Assembly (NCBI RefSeq): GCF_051307035.1
Contig: NZ_CP195537.1
Span: 11,126-43,125 of the forward strand
Direction: 5' to 3'
DNA: 32,000 nucleotides
Origin: Psychrobacter sp. DM4
GTDB taxonomy: Bacteria; Pseudomonadota; Gammaproteobacteria; Pseudomonadales; Moraxellaceae
Shown here piece by piece: positions 25,089-32,000 of the stretch; within the stretch, counting starts at the first letter, position 1, and each line of letters opens with the position of its first letter. The position numbers and the translations under genes are program-made. The notes beneath the pieces were generated by a model, which did not search any database, had not been told where the DNA came from, and was given only the letters and a program-made list of their open reading frames with translations.

Positions 25089-26063
25089 TTAATCAGCATC
25101 CAAAGCATTATCTTTGTTTTGAATAAGTATCAGAGCATCTTGTGCTTTCTTAAGTTGATCTTGTAACAGAGTCACTTGTTCTTGCTCCGATAGGTGATGG
25201 CTTGATAGCTCGCTATACTGCTTATTCAGTACGCTATGCTCAGCTTCAAGCTTAGCCTGTGTTTGGGTCAGCTGATCGTTGAGTCCTGATAGCTTGTTAC
25301 GCTCAGCGACTATGGCCTTTAACTCCCCTTTGACTTCTGCTGTGTCAGTCGCTATCTCATTGCGTTCAGTGGTGACTGTCTTTAGCTCACCCTTAGTCAC
25401 TGTCAGTTCTGTTTGTAGACGTGCAATTTCTGCTTTATCGCTACTAGCAGTGGCTTCAAGCGTGGCCACTTTTGATAGGTTGGCATTTAACTCTTTTGAC
25501 TGCTGATCAAAGGTATGGCGCAGATCTGCAAGTTGAGCTTGGGCTGCATCTGTCTTAGCTCGTTCAAGCTCAAGCGCGTGCTGAGTATCACTGAGCGTCT
25601 GTAACAGCGTATCACGCTCAGCAGTCATTTGAGCTGTACTGATTGCTGCTGCCTCTGCCGTTGCTGTGACTTCATCGAGCTGTACCAACAAATCGGCTTG
25701 TTCACTCTCTAGCGTTTTAACCGCCTCTTGCGCCTCATCTGTTTCAGCTTGTGCCTTGGCCTTAATACTCTCTAGTGCCTCACGCTCTTTCACCAAGCGA
25801 TCATTGGCGATATCAATGGCCGTCTGCCACATATCCGCACCAAGCGCTTGTAAGCGCTCAGTGATGCCACTTGGCAGCTCAACCTGTCTGAGCTGCTCTT
25901 CTTCTTGGTTATCCTGACGCCAAGACTTCATCGCCTCACTGATGGTTGTGAATGAACCGCCACCCAAAGCCTTACGCACCTCAGCTAATGTTGGCTTAAT
26001 TCCTTGTTCTTGCAATTGGTCGGCAGTGGCATGAATCTGCTCTGTAGTAATGGCCATAATCAT
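25089..26063 (-). CDS. kfrA: KfrA-like plasmid DNA-binding coiled-coil protein
   Basis: The N-terminus ITTEQIHATADQLQEQGIKPTLAEVRKALGGGSFTTISEAMKSWR matches the KfrA_N pattern. The rest is an A/E/Q/L-rich coiled coil. Confidence 0.75.
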   Translation of the reverse strand: MIMAITTEQIHATADQLQEQGIKPTLAEVRKALGGGSFTTISEAMKSWRQDNQEEEQLRQVELPSGITERLQALGADMWQTAIDIANDRLVKEREALESIKAKAQAETDEAQEAVKTLESEQADLLVQLDEVTATAEAAAISTAQMTAERDTLLQTLSDTQHALELERAKTDAAQAQLADLRHTFDQQSKELNANLSKVATLEATASSDKAEIARLQTELTVTKGELKTVTTERNEIATDTAEVKGELKAIVAERNKLSGLNDQLTQTQAKLEAEHSVLNKQYSELSSHHLSEQEQVTLLQDQLKKAQDALILIQNKDNALDAD

Positions 26064-26100
26064 TGTCCTTAATAATGTTGTATGAGTAAATATGTAGTTT

Positions 26101-26147
26101 TTGTATTATATGTATATAGTATAATACATATTACAACATAATACAAT
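26101..26147. promoter_or_regulatory. candidate kfrA promoter/operator
   Basis: TGTATTAT...ATAATACA inverted repeat plus a second ATAATACA, immediately upstream of kfrA. Confidence 0.4.
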
Positions 26148-26155
26148 GCAAGATA

Positions 26156-26183
26156 TAAAAAAACCTCAAGTGATCTTGAGGTT
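26156..26183 (-). terminator. terminator downstream of the brnA remnant
   Basis: aacctcaag-tgat-cttgaggtt, followed by T7 on the minus strand. Confidence 0.65.
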
Positions 26184-26201
26184 ATGGTCGTTAAATTATG
26201 A

Positions 26202-26503
26202 CTAGTGATCCGCTAAGTACTTTTCTAGCGCATCATTGATCATTTCTTGATAATCACCACCTGTTTGCTTGGCTCTATCCTTAAACTTGGCCATTATACT
26301 TGGGTTGATGACGCTTGCCTTGGCAGAGAACGGAACGCTTGCGGCTTAATGCTGCCACGGATAGCGTTTGACCAATCCGTAACTTCTGGAATATCTGATA
26401 AATCAATATTGTCATCACTAAGCGTTGCTAAATATTCTAAGTCCGCTTGTTGCTTTGCCGTTAGTGGTGGTAAATCGTCTATTTGATAGCTAACCTTGTT
26501 CAT
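26202..26503 (-). pseudogene. brnA: BrnA-like (DUF4415-type) antitoxin gene with an apparent frameshift
   Basis: Frame 1 reads MNKVSYQIDDLPPLTAKQQADLEYLATLSDDNIDLSDIPEVTDWSNAIRGSIKPQ.. and stops at 26294. The expected C-terminus ..ASVINPSIMAKFKDRAKQTGGDYQEMINDALEKYLADH* continues in another frame to 26202. Confidence 0.6.
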
Positions 26504-26776
26504 ATTGCCTCCTCTCACTCTTTGTGGCACACCTAGCCGAGATAATGCGTATAACCTCGCCACCATCTATGTCTGTCTGCGTATGGGCTACTAATAAGAC
26601 TGCTGTGCCGTCTATTGTACCCAGCGCCTGCCACCGCTCCTCACCATTTTCATACCTGTCTTGCTGACGCAGGCATAAAGGATCTAAAAAACCCGGGTAG
26701 CTGCCTCAAATGATAAACGGTGTTTGCACTGATTGGTGATGTTTTTTTGTTCATCCCATTCAAATCTAATACTCAT
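26490..26776 (-). pseudogene. brnT: BrnT-like (DUF497) toxin gene with an apparent frameshift in a homopolymer
   Basis: MSIRFEWDEQKNITNQCKHRLSFEAATRVF* is followed, in the -1 frame, by LDPLCLRQQDRYENGEERWQALGTIDGTAVLLVAHTQTDIDGGEVIRIISARCATKSERRQYEQG*. The switch occurs at the T6 run (plus-strand A6, 26686-26691). Confidence 0.65.
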
Positions 26777-26784
26777 CTTTTCTC

Positions 26785-27000
26785 TCAATCAGTATGCTCT
26801 TTATAGATTGGCAATTCATCTTGACTGACAGCTGCTACTTTCTGATACTCAAAAGATAGTGGCACTTTATTGGTTTGCGCCACTTGAGTTAAGAACAATT
26901 TGATTGCTTGAGACGGCGTTAATCCATAGCTTTCAAACACGGCAAAGGCGCTATCCTTGAGCTCTTGATCGAGCCTGATATTATAATTGGTTGTCGTCAT
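26785..27000 (-). CDS. RelB/DinJ-family RHH antitoxin-like protein
   Basis: MTTTNYNIRLDQELKDSAFAVFESYGLTPSQAIKLFLTQVAQTNKVP matches the DinJ pattern. It ends 8 nt before the brnT start. Confidence 0.75.
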   Translation of the reverse strand: MTTTNYNIRLDQELKDSAFAVFESYGLTPSQAIKLFLTQVAQTNKVPLSFEYQKVAAVSQDELPIYKEHTD

Positions 27001-27080
27001 GGCATTACAAATGGCTTATATATGTACGTACAATATAAACCATTTGTAATGCCAAAACTACTAAGCATGCTTTTTTCATA

Positions 27081-28034
27081 TTATGATTTCTGCTTAGGGA
27101 ACGTATAGCCTATCGCCAGTAAGTGCTTTTTGTGGGTCTTTAAAAAAGCCTCATCTCTTAATTGAGTGTGTAACCAACTAATAACTTCTTGAGTGCTTTT
27201 ACCTGATGGTGCGTAACTACCAAACGGTGAGTAGTTAGCCAACAAAGGGGCAAAACGATCAATTTGCTTAACGGTTAGAGGTGGGATATCTCTATCCTCA
27301 TTATTCTGATTTAAGCCCTCCTGTCCTTTTTTCTTAGTTGGCTTGGCCTTGACGGTGAATGTCAAACCTGTAACTGTGCGTCCACGTTTGATGTTTTCAT
27401 AGGTGATTTTGATGTCGGTTTTCTGATTAATTTCTTTTATGGGCCCATCAACTGCATTCTCTTTCAAATTGTTGATGCGCTCATACGACTTAGGCGTGCC
27501 AAGTTCTTGCCTATATTGATCTAAAGTCATAGAAAAACCACCCTTCCCCTCAGACTTTTTTGCTAGATGGTAAAGGTCTAACGAGTAAGTCAATTTGAGG
27601 TTTAAGATATCTTCTTTTAAATATTTAGTGTAAGGGTTGAGCTTATCAAAAACCTGAAGTAAGTATATTACCTCATCTGTAAAATGCATCGATATATAGC
27701 CATCTGCATATTTCGACCTGATTAGCCATTGAACCTCTGTATCATCACCATCCTTATCCTCATAAATGAATGTACGCTTCATTAATTTTTTGCTAGCTGA
27801 TTTCATTTGCTTATAAGCCGAGTTTCTATCTATTCCGCTAAGCTTAGCAAATTCAGAAGACGCAACCTCTATCGGTGTTTTTTCAGTAGCATTATTAACC
27901 CTAACCAATGGGCTCGCTAGAATAATGATGCGCTTCTCATCAATAGACATCTCTCTAAAAGCTTGAGTAATTTTATTCTGCATAACAATCCATTTTTCAG
28001 GATATTTTTTTTCGTATAGCTCGACATCATTCAT
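27081..28034 (-). CDS. rep: Rep_3-family plasmid replication initiator
   Basis: VMQNKITQAFREMSIDEKRIIILA..., YTKYLKEDILNLKLTYSLDLYHLAKK, INQKTDIKITYENIKRGRTVTGLTFTV. Iterons lie directly upstream. Confidence 0.85.
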   Translation of the reverse strand: MNDVELYEKKYPEKWIVMQNKITQAFREMSIDEKRIIILASPLVRVNNATEKTPIEVASSEFAKLSGIDRNSAYKQMKSASKKLMKRTFIYEDKDGDDTEVQWLIRSKYADGYISMHFTDEVIYLLQVFDKLNPYTKYLKEDILNLKLTYSLDLYHLAKKSEGKGGFSMTLDQYRQELGTPKSYERINNLKENAVDGPIKEINQKTDIKITYENIKRGRTVTGLTFTVKAKPTKKKGQEGLNQNNEDRDIPPLTVKQIDRFAPLLANYSPFGSYAPSGKSTQEVISWLHTQLRDEAFLKTHKKHLLAIGYTFPKQKS

Positions 28035-28068
28035 TATGACAACCTCATTATGCTAGTTACTTTAAGAT

Positions 28069-28290
28069 ACTAGCATAATGCGGGATAAAAGTAGCATTTA
28101 AACGGGATAAAAGTAGCATAATGCGGGATAAAAGTAGCATAATGCGGGATAAAAGTAGCATAATAGAGTGCGTAACCCTTTAATAGCAAAGCTTACAGAC
28201 TGTCTAAAAGTCTTTAAAAGTTTTTAAAAGTAAAAAATATATTTTTATTTTAAATAATAAGGAAAAAACCAAAAAACCGACGGATTTAAA
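28069..28290. other. oriV: four 21-22-bp iterons plus an AT-rich region
   Basis: Iterons ATGCGGGATAAAAGTAGCAT(A/TT) lie at 28078-28099, 28100-28120 (AAACGGG variant), 28121-28141 and 28142-28162, with a partial copy at 28069-28077. They are followed by TAAAAGT x3 with 11-bp phasing (about 28204-28235) and A/T runs. Confidence 0.8.
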
Positions 28291-28363
28291 ATGATAATTT
28301 GATCGACCAATCACTTGTAAAACTGATCAGTAGCTCAGAATGCAATTGTCCATTTACTTAATG

Positions 28364-28555
28364 TTATTCCACGTTCGCATGGTTCGGATCAAGCTTAGAT
28401 CTTTGAAGATCTTCAAAAGCATGGTCAAAGATATTTTGAATATCTTCGTCTGTCATTCTGGACAACCCTGTTTCCACATTCTCAATATCAGTCTCATTTT
28501 TTGTAGATAGTTTGCCTTCATTTTCAGTAGCCATTGTTGATACCCCTGCAAACAT
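28364..28555 (-). CDS. small acidic hypothetical protein
   Basis: 63-aa ORF with no recognisable motif. Confidence 0.25.
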   Translation of the reverse strand: MFAGVSTMATENEGKLSTKNETDIENVETGLSRMTDEDIQNIFDHAFEDLQRSKLDPNHANVE

Positions 28556-28732
28556 CTCTCAAAGTACTGCTAAAACGCTCAAAAACCCCTCTTATATGCA
28601 TTTTAAGCTCTGTTCGATATGATGGTAGCTAAAACCATTTTAAAACGCTTAAAACAGCCGATAATCGCCTCCTGATCTTTCGCTAATTAGCAGATGATCA
28701 AGCTGTACCGTCAATTAGGTAATTTCTAGAAG

Positions 28733-29074
28733 CTACTGCGCTGATGAATCATCATCAAACAATGAACCGTGCTCATTGTCATGATTGTCCTTAGGGGGCG
28801 TAAAGCTGCTTGGTGCTACCTGAGCTTTACTTTGTATTTTATTGGCAATTGCTTTCAAAAACTCACGGTGTTTTTTTAAACGAACGTAACTTTCATTATC
28901 ATGTGCGTCTAAAAATATGGCTTGTAGCTCATGATTTTCATCATCGTCTAATGCGTTGGCCAACCATTCTCCCAACATCTGATATGCCTCAAGTCTGTCC
29001 TGATTGATTTCTTTTTTAATAGCCTGTAGCTGCTTTATCTTATCTGCGAATAGATCATCTGATATTACTGACAT
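28733..29074 (-). CDS. hypothetical protein divergent from mobA (possible relaxosome accessory protein by position only)
   Basis: 113 aa, transcribed divergently from the oriT/mobA region as RSF1010 mobC is. I did not see a MobC motif. Confidence 0.35.
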   Translation of the reverse strand: MSVISDDLFADKIKQLQAIKKEINQDRLEAYQMLGEWLANALDDDENHELQAIFLDAHDNESYVRLKKHREFLKAIANKIQSKAQVAPSSFTPPKDNHDNEHGSLFDDDSSAQ

Positions 29075-29099
29075 TATCTCATCCTTTTCTAGTCAACTA

Positions 29100-29338
29100 T
29101 GATAGAGTTGATCCTAGCAGTGTACACATAGGGATGCAAGGTAGTAAAATACACAAGGCCACATCGTTTCGTGGGCGCAGTAGTATTTTAACCCTCTGTT
29201 AAGAGCGAACTTAGGAGTTTGTGTAAAAAAGACCCACAAGGGGTACTATTTTTTTACATAAACTCCGTCGTTCGGCAGGGGGCGAACCCCCTACAACCCC
29301 CCCCCAAAAATCATCTCTCAATATTGGGTTTTTTTGCT
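29100..29338. other. candidate oriT / mobA control region
   Basis: Lies between the divergent genes. Contains the nested hairpin GTAAAAAAgACCCacaaGGGGTactaTTTTTTAC (29223-29257), the hairpin AGGGGGcgaaCCCCCT (29277-29292) and a C9A5 tract (29297-29310). The nic site was not identified. Confidence 0.4.
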
Positions 29339-31975
29339 ATGAATAATAAAGGGTTTCATCTGTCGGTTAGCGCCGTTAGTAAGGCGAAAAATCATAGTGT
29401 GGTGGCAAAGTCGGCTTATAATTCTGGCTCAAAACTGGTTGATGAGCAGTCAGGAGTCGTCCACGATTATACCAGTAAAGCTAAAGACAAAATCTTAAAC
29501 TTAGTGGACAGTGATGGCACTAAATACACGCAAGTTATTGAGAAAAATGTGATGCATACGGCGTTGATAACGCCAACTCTTGCTGGGGATCTAGCAGTGA
29601 CACGTGAGGGTTTTTGGAATGATATCGAACGCATTGAGACTCGTAAAAACGCGCAATTGGGTACTGAGATTGACGTGATGTTTCCTGATGGGATCACCGC
29701 GGATCAGCGTATAGTTCTGGCCGAGCGCTACGCTCAAACCTTATCTGATCGCTATAACGTGCTTGTCGATGTGGCCATTCATCGGCCCCACAGTCACGAG
29801 AAACATGTGGGGGAGGTTGAAGTGGTTGAGCTGACCAGTCGTAACTTTCATGCCCATATTTTACTCTCAAGCCGTGAGATAGTAGCGGATGTTGAGGGTT
29901 ATGCTTTATCAGCACGCAAGAATTGGTTGCAGTGGTCAACGGAGGAGCGTTTATCTAAGGGGTTAAACGGGCGCGGCGATGAGCTTAAATATCAACGCAC
30001 CCTTTGGGCGGATATGGCCAATGAGCTACTGCCTGAGAATAAAACCATTAGTGAGAAATCCTACCGTGAGCTGGGCATCAGTCGTTTACCAAAAATGAAA
30101 CTGGGTAAATCACTATATAAGGATATTCTCAAAGGCAATCGTTCAGTGATTCACGAGTACAACGAGACGATTGATGAGATCAATGCTTACATTGAAAAAA
30201 ATGGTTTAGTAATTGAGTACGACGACAAGGGACGTATTGACCTAGAAAGCAATGAACAAGAGGTTAACGGCGTCACAATACATTATAAAAAGCGTAAACC
30301 CTTTGCGCGAATTGAGCTCAGTAATATCCGATTTGTAGATCCTGCCGTTGAACTTGAACCCGCTATCCCTAAAAGTAACAGTCAGACGCATAGTGATGCG
30401 GCCAATGATCACGCACTTGATGAGCTTTTAGCAATCTCAGCCGACTTTGTGAGTCAAAAAAAGATGGTACGCAGCGCCTTATTTTCAACCATTGATGCGC
30501 TGCATGAAGAGTTAGCGCACCAGTCTAAACAGATTATTACTATTGATAAAAACATTAAGAGTACCCAGCGGTTCACCGAGGAGGTGGGACAGGATTTTAG
30601 TGACCCCCGCCAAAAAATGATTGAGCTTGCCAGGCAGATAAGCACAAAAGAGCAAAGTGAGGCACTAAAGGCGGCTTTAGCGTTGGTTGAGGAGTTTAGA
30701 CAAGATGATACCCTACAAACAGGCCGCGCTGTTAGCCGTCTTGAAGAGCAGCTGTCACAGATTGATAAAACGGTGCTGAACAATAAAACGGTTTTAAAAA
30801 AGCTGATCCCGCTTAATAATGAAGTCATTGCTGACTACAAAGGGTTGAAGGCCACGCTAAAACCCTTTGCCGCAAAGCTGAATAAACTGGCGACTGGCTT
30901 TAAAGCTCTTGATGAGATTGATGTTGAAAAAACTGAGCTGCAGCGACACTGGCGCGAAGCGTTTGAGGATTTGCAGGCGATCGAGGTAACGAGCAACCTT
31001 GATACCTATCATAAGTTCGCGGCACTGGCAGATCTTGATGTTGGGCGTTTTAAAGCGCTTGAGCAAGAGCATGAGGCGCTGCGTGCTCTTAAAGCGGTAG
31101 AGATAGATGATACCGCTGAGGCACGTTTGAAGATACTTGTATCTGATGTAAAGACATTTAAAACCGCCAATAATGAAGACATCAAAAAACTAAGGCAGCA
31201 AATCAATACCAGTGAAAAAACCTATCAACGCCTATCGCCATTTTATGAGCAGCGTATCGCCCTTCTTGATCAAAGTGAAGCGGTCATTGTGCAAGATGAC
31301 GACTTATACGATGAGATTACCCGTACCAAGACCACTCAATTGAACGCAGACCGGCTTGATGACTGGCGTAACCGTACGATGGCGCTCCAATACCAGCTCA
31401 ACAAAGCGCATGAGCAAGCAAAGCTTAAGGAAGAGGCTGAGCGCGCAAGAGAGGATGCTTTGACAAAACGGCGATTAACCTTACAAAAGAGGCGTGAGCA
31501 GGTAACCCTGAAGCGTCAACGAATCAATGAGACGAAAGCGTATCGAGATCGGTTTGATAATTTGGTGGTGCGAGTACGTGACCGTGTTGATGCCCTTGAT
31601 GTCAAGGCCATTGATGCACCGATTGAGGTAATTAAAGCGGCTGAAGCGGTTGCAGAGCACTCTCTTATATTGCACACCCTAAAACGTACTGACAGTTTTA
31701 CGGCGCTGCAGAAAAGCTTACGAAACACCGATGCCGAAAAAGCAACAGCGCATGTGCAGCAGGCAGCAACGTCGCTATGGCAGCAGCTTGAGCGCTTACC
31801 TGACAATCAAGAGAAGATCGAGGTGTTAACCCAAATCAATAAGCGCTTTGAGCACGTTCCTGCTATCACAATAGGTGCGGCAACGCTCACGCAAACCGTG
31901 ACAGAGCAACTGCAAAAAACAAAGAGTGCTATACAAACGCAAAATCGTAGCTACTCATCCCCAAGCCCGTTTTAA
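29339..31975 (+). CDS. mobA: MOBQ-type relaxase (MobA/MobL family) with a long coiled-coil C-terminal region
   Basis: FHLSVSAVSKAKNHSVVAKSAYNSGSKLVDEQSGVVHDYTSK (motif I region) and IHRPHSH...NFHAHILLSSR (His motif). The start is set at ATG 29339. The ORF-track N-terminal extension from TTG 29219 runs through the hairpins and the poly-C tract, so I consider it unlikely. Confidence 0.8.
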   Translation: MNNKGFHLSVSAVSKAKNHSVVAKSAYNSGSKLVDEQSGVVHDYTSKAKDKILNLVDSDGTKYTQVIEKNVMHTALITPTLAGDLAVTREGFWNDIERIETRKNAQLGTEIDVMFPDGITADQRIVLAERYAQTLSDRYNVLVDVAIHRPHSHEKHVGEVEVVELTSRNFHAHILLSSREIVADVEGYALSARKNWLQWSTEERLSKGLNGRGDELKYQRTLWADMANELLPENKTISEKSYRELGISRLPKMKLGKSLYKDILKGNRSVIHEYNETIDEINAYIEKNGLVIEYDDKGRIDLESNEQEVNGVTIHYKKRKPFARIELSNIRFVDPAVELEPAIPKSNSQTHSDAANDHALDELLAISADFVSQKKMVRSALFSTIDALHEELAHQSKQIITIDKNIKSTQRFTEEVGQDFSDPRQKMIELARQISTKEQSEALKAALALVEEFRQDDTLQTGRAVSRLEEQLSQIDKTVLNNKTVLKKLIPLNNEVIADYKGLKATLKPFAAKLNKLATGFKALDEIDVEKTELQRHWREAFEDLQAIEVTSNLDTYHKFAALADLDVGRFKALEQEHEALRALKAVEIDDTAEARLKILVSDVKTFKTANNEDIKKLRQQINTSEKTYQRLSPFYEQRIALLDQSEAVIVQDDDLYDEITRTKTTQLNADRLDDWRNRTMALQYQLNKAHEQAKLKEEAERAREDALTKRRLTLQKRREQVTLKRQRINETKAYRDRFDNLVVRVRDRVDALDVKAIDAPIEVIKAAEAVAEHSLILHTLKRTDSFTALQKSLRNTDAEKATAHVQQAATSLWQQLERLPDNQEKIEVLTQINKRFEHVPAITIGAATLTQTVTEQLQKTKSAIQTQNRSYSSPSPF

Positions 31976-32000
31976 CTCCTATTATTACACTGAGCACACC

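Noticed and set aside
23385-26486. ORFs 23385-23636, 23664-23966, 25279-25506, 25666-25917 and 26247-26486
   Set aside because: They are antisense to yefM, yoeB, kfrA and the brnA remnant, with no independent support.
29219-29338. N-terminal extension of mobA from the TTG at 29219, as given by the ORF track
   Set aside because: AGGAG lies only 1 nt from that TTG. The extension reads through the hairpins and the poly-C tract (PPP). The relaxase motif I alignment begins just after the ATG at 29339.
29467-31806. Antisense ORFs inside mobA (29467-29697, 29694-29939, 30454-30828, 30857-31072, 31009-31206, 31481-31675, 31516-31806)
   Set aside because: They lie opposite a long motif-bearing relaxase frame. 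They are Ser/Cys/Leu-rich shadow translations.
1-32000. XerC/XerD pdif-type sites flanking modules, as seen in Acinetobacter plasmids
   Set aside because: A visual scan for TTATGTTAAT / ATTAACATAA and ATTTCG.ATAA cores found only poor partial matches (for example near 2984 and 3240). This is not supportable without a proper search.

Overview
Mosaic, plasmid-like 32-kb segment from an AT-rich gammaproteobacterium. The gene style suggests Moraxellaceae such as Psychrobacter or Acinetobacter, but that is a guess because no search was possible. Layout: (1) 1-6.3 kb is an accessory, conflict-type module. It holds a minus-strand operon ending in HAD phosphatase, ComF-like PRTase and a DprA-like protein (cut by the window edge), then an intact serine recombinase and a class II Fic protein. 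(2) 6.5-7.4 kb holds a 24-copy octamer array, a decayed resolvase pseudogene and res-like dyads. (3) 7.6-21.8 kb is a heavy-metal and envelope island. A MerR-type (CadR/PbrR-like) promoter heads a co-directional run cadA, ccmF, ccmG, ccmH, ccmI, lspA. The island also carries a secreted NlpC/P60-like protein, a DUF411 (CopG-like) lipoprotein, lnt and czcD. (4) 22.1-23.0 kb is a truncated IS3-family element that abuts a second copy of the fic upstream segment and a second octamer array. (5) 23.3-32 kb is plasmid backbone: yefM-yoeB, a resolvase remnant, a roughly 700-bp ORF-free hairpin-rich segment, kfrA, a dinJ-like gene followed by frameshifted brnT/brnA, a Rep_3 initiator with four 21-22-bp iterons, and a MOBQ relaxase with a candidate oriT. 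The best candidates for something undescribed are: the DprA-like/PRTase/HAD operon (an extended variant of the DprA-PRTase defence pair); the ACTC-box octamer arrays (possible parH-like centromeres); the ORF-free structured segment at 24.15-24.9 kb; and an orphan ccmFGHI set apparently wired to a metal-responsive promoter. All family calls rest on motif reading of the translations. No database search was run.
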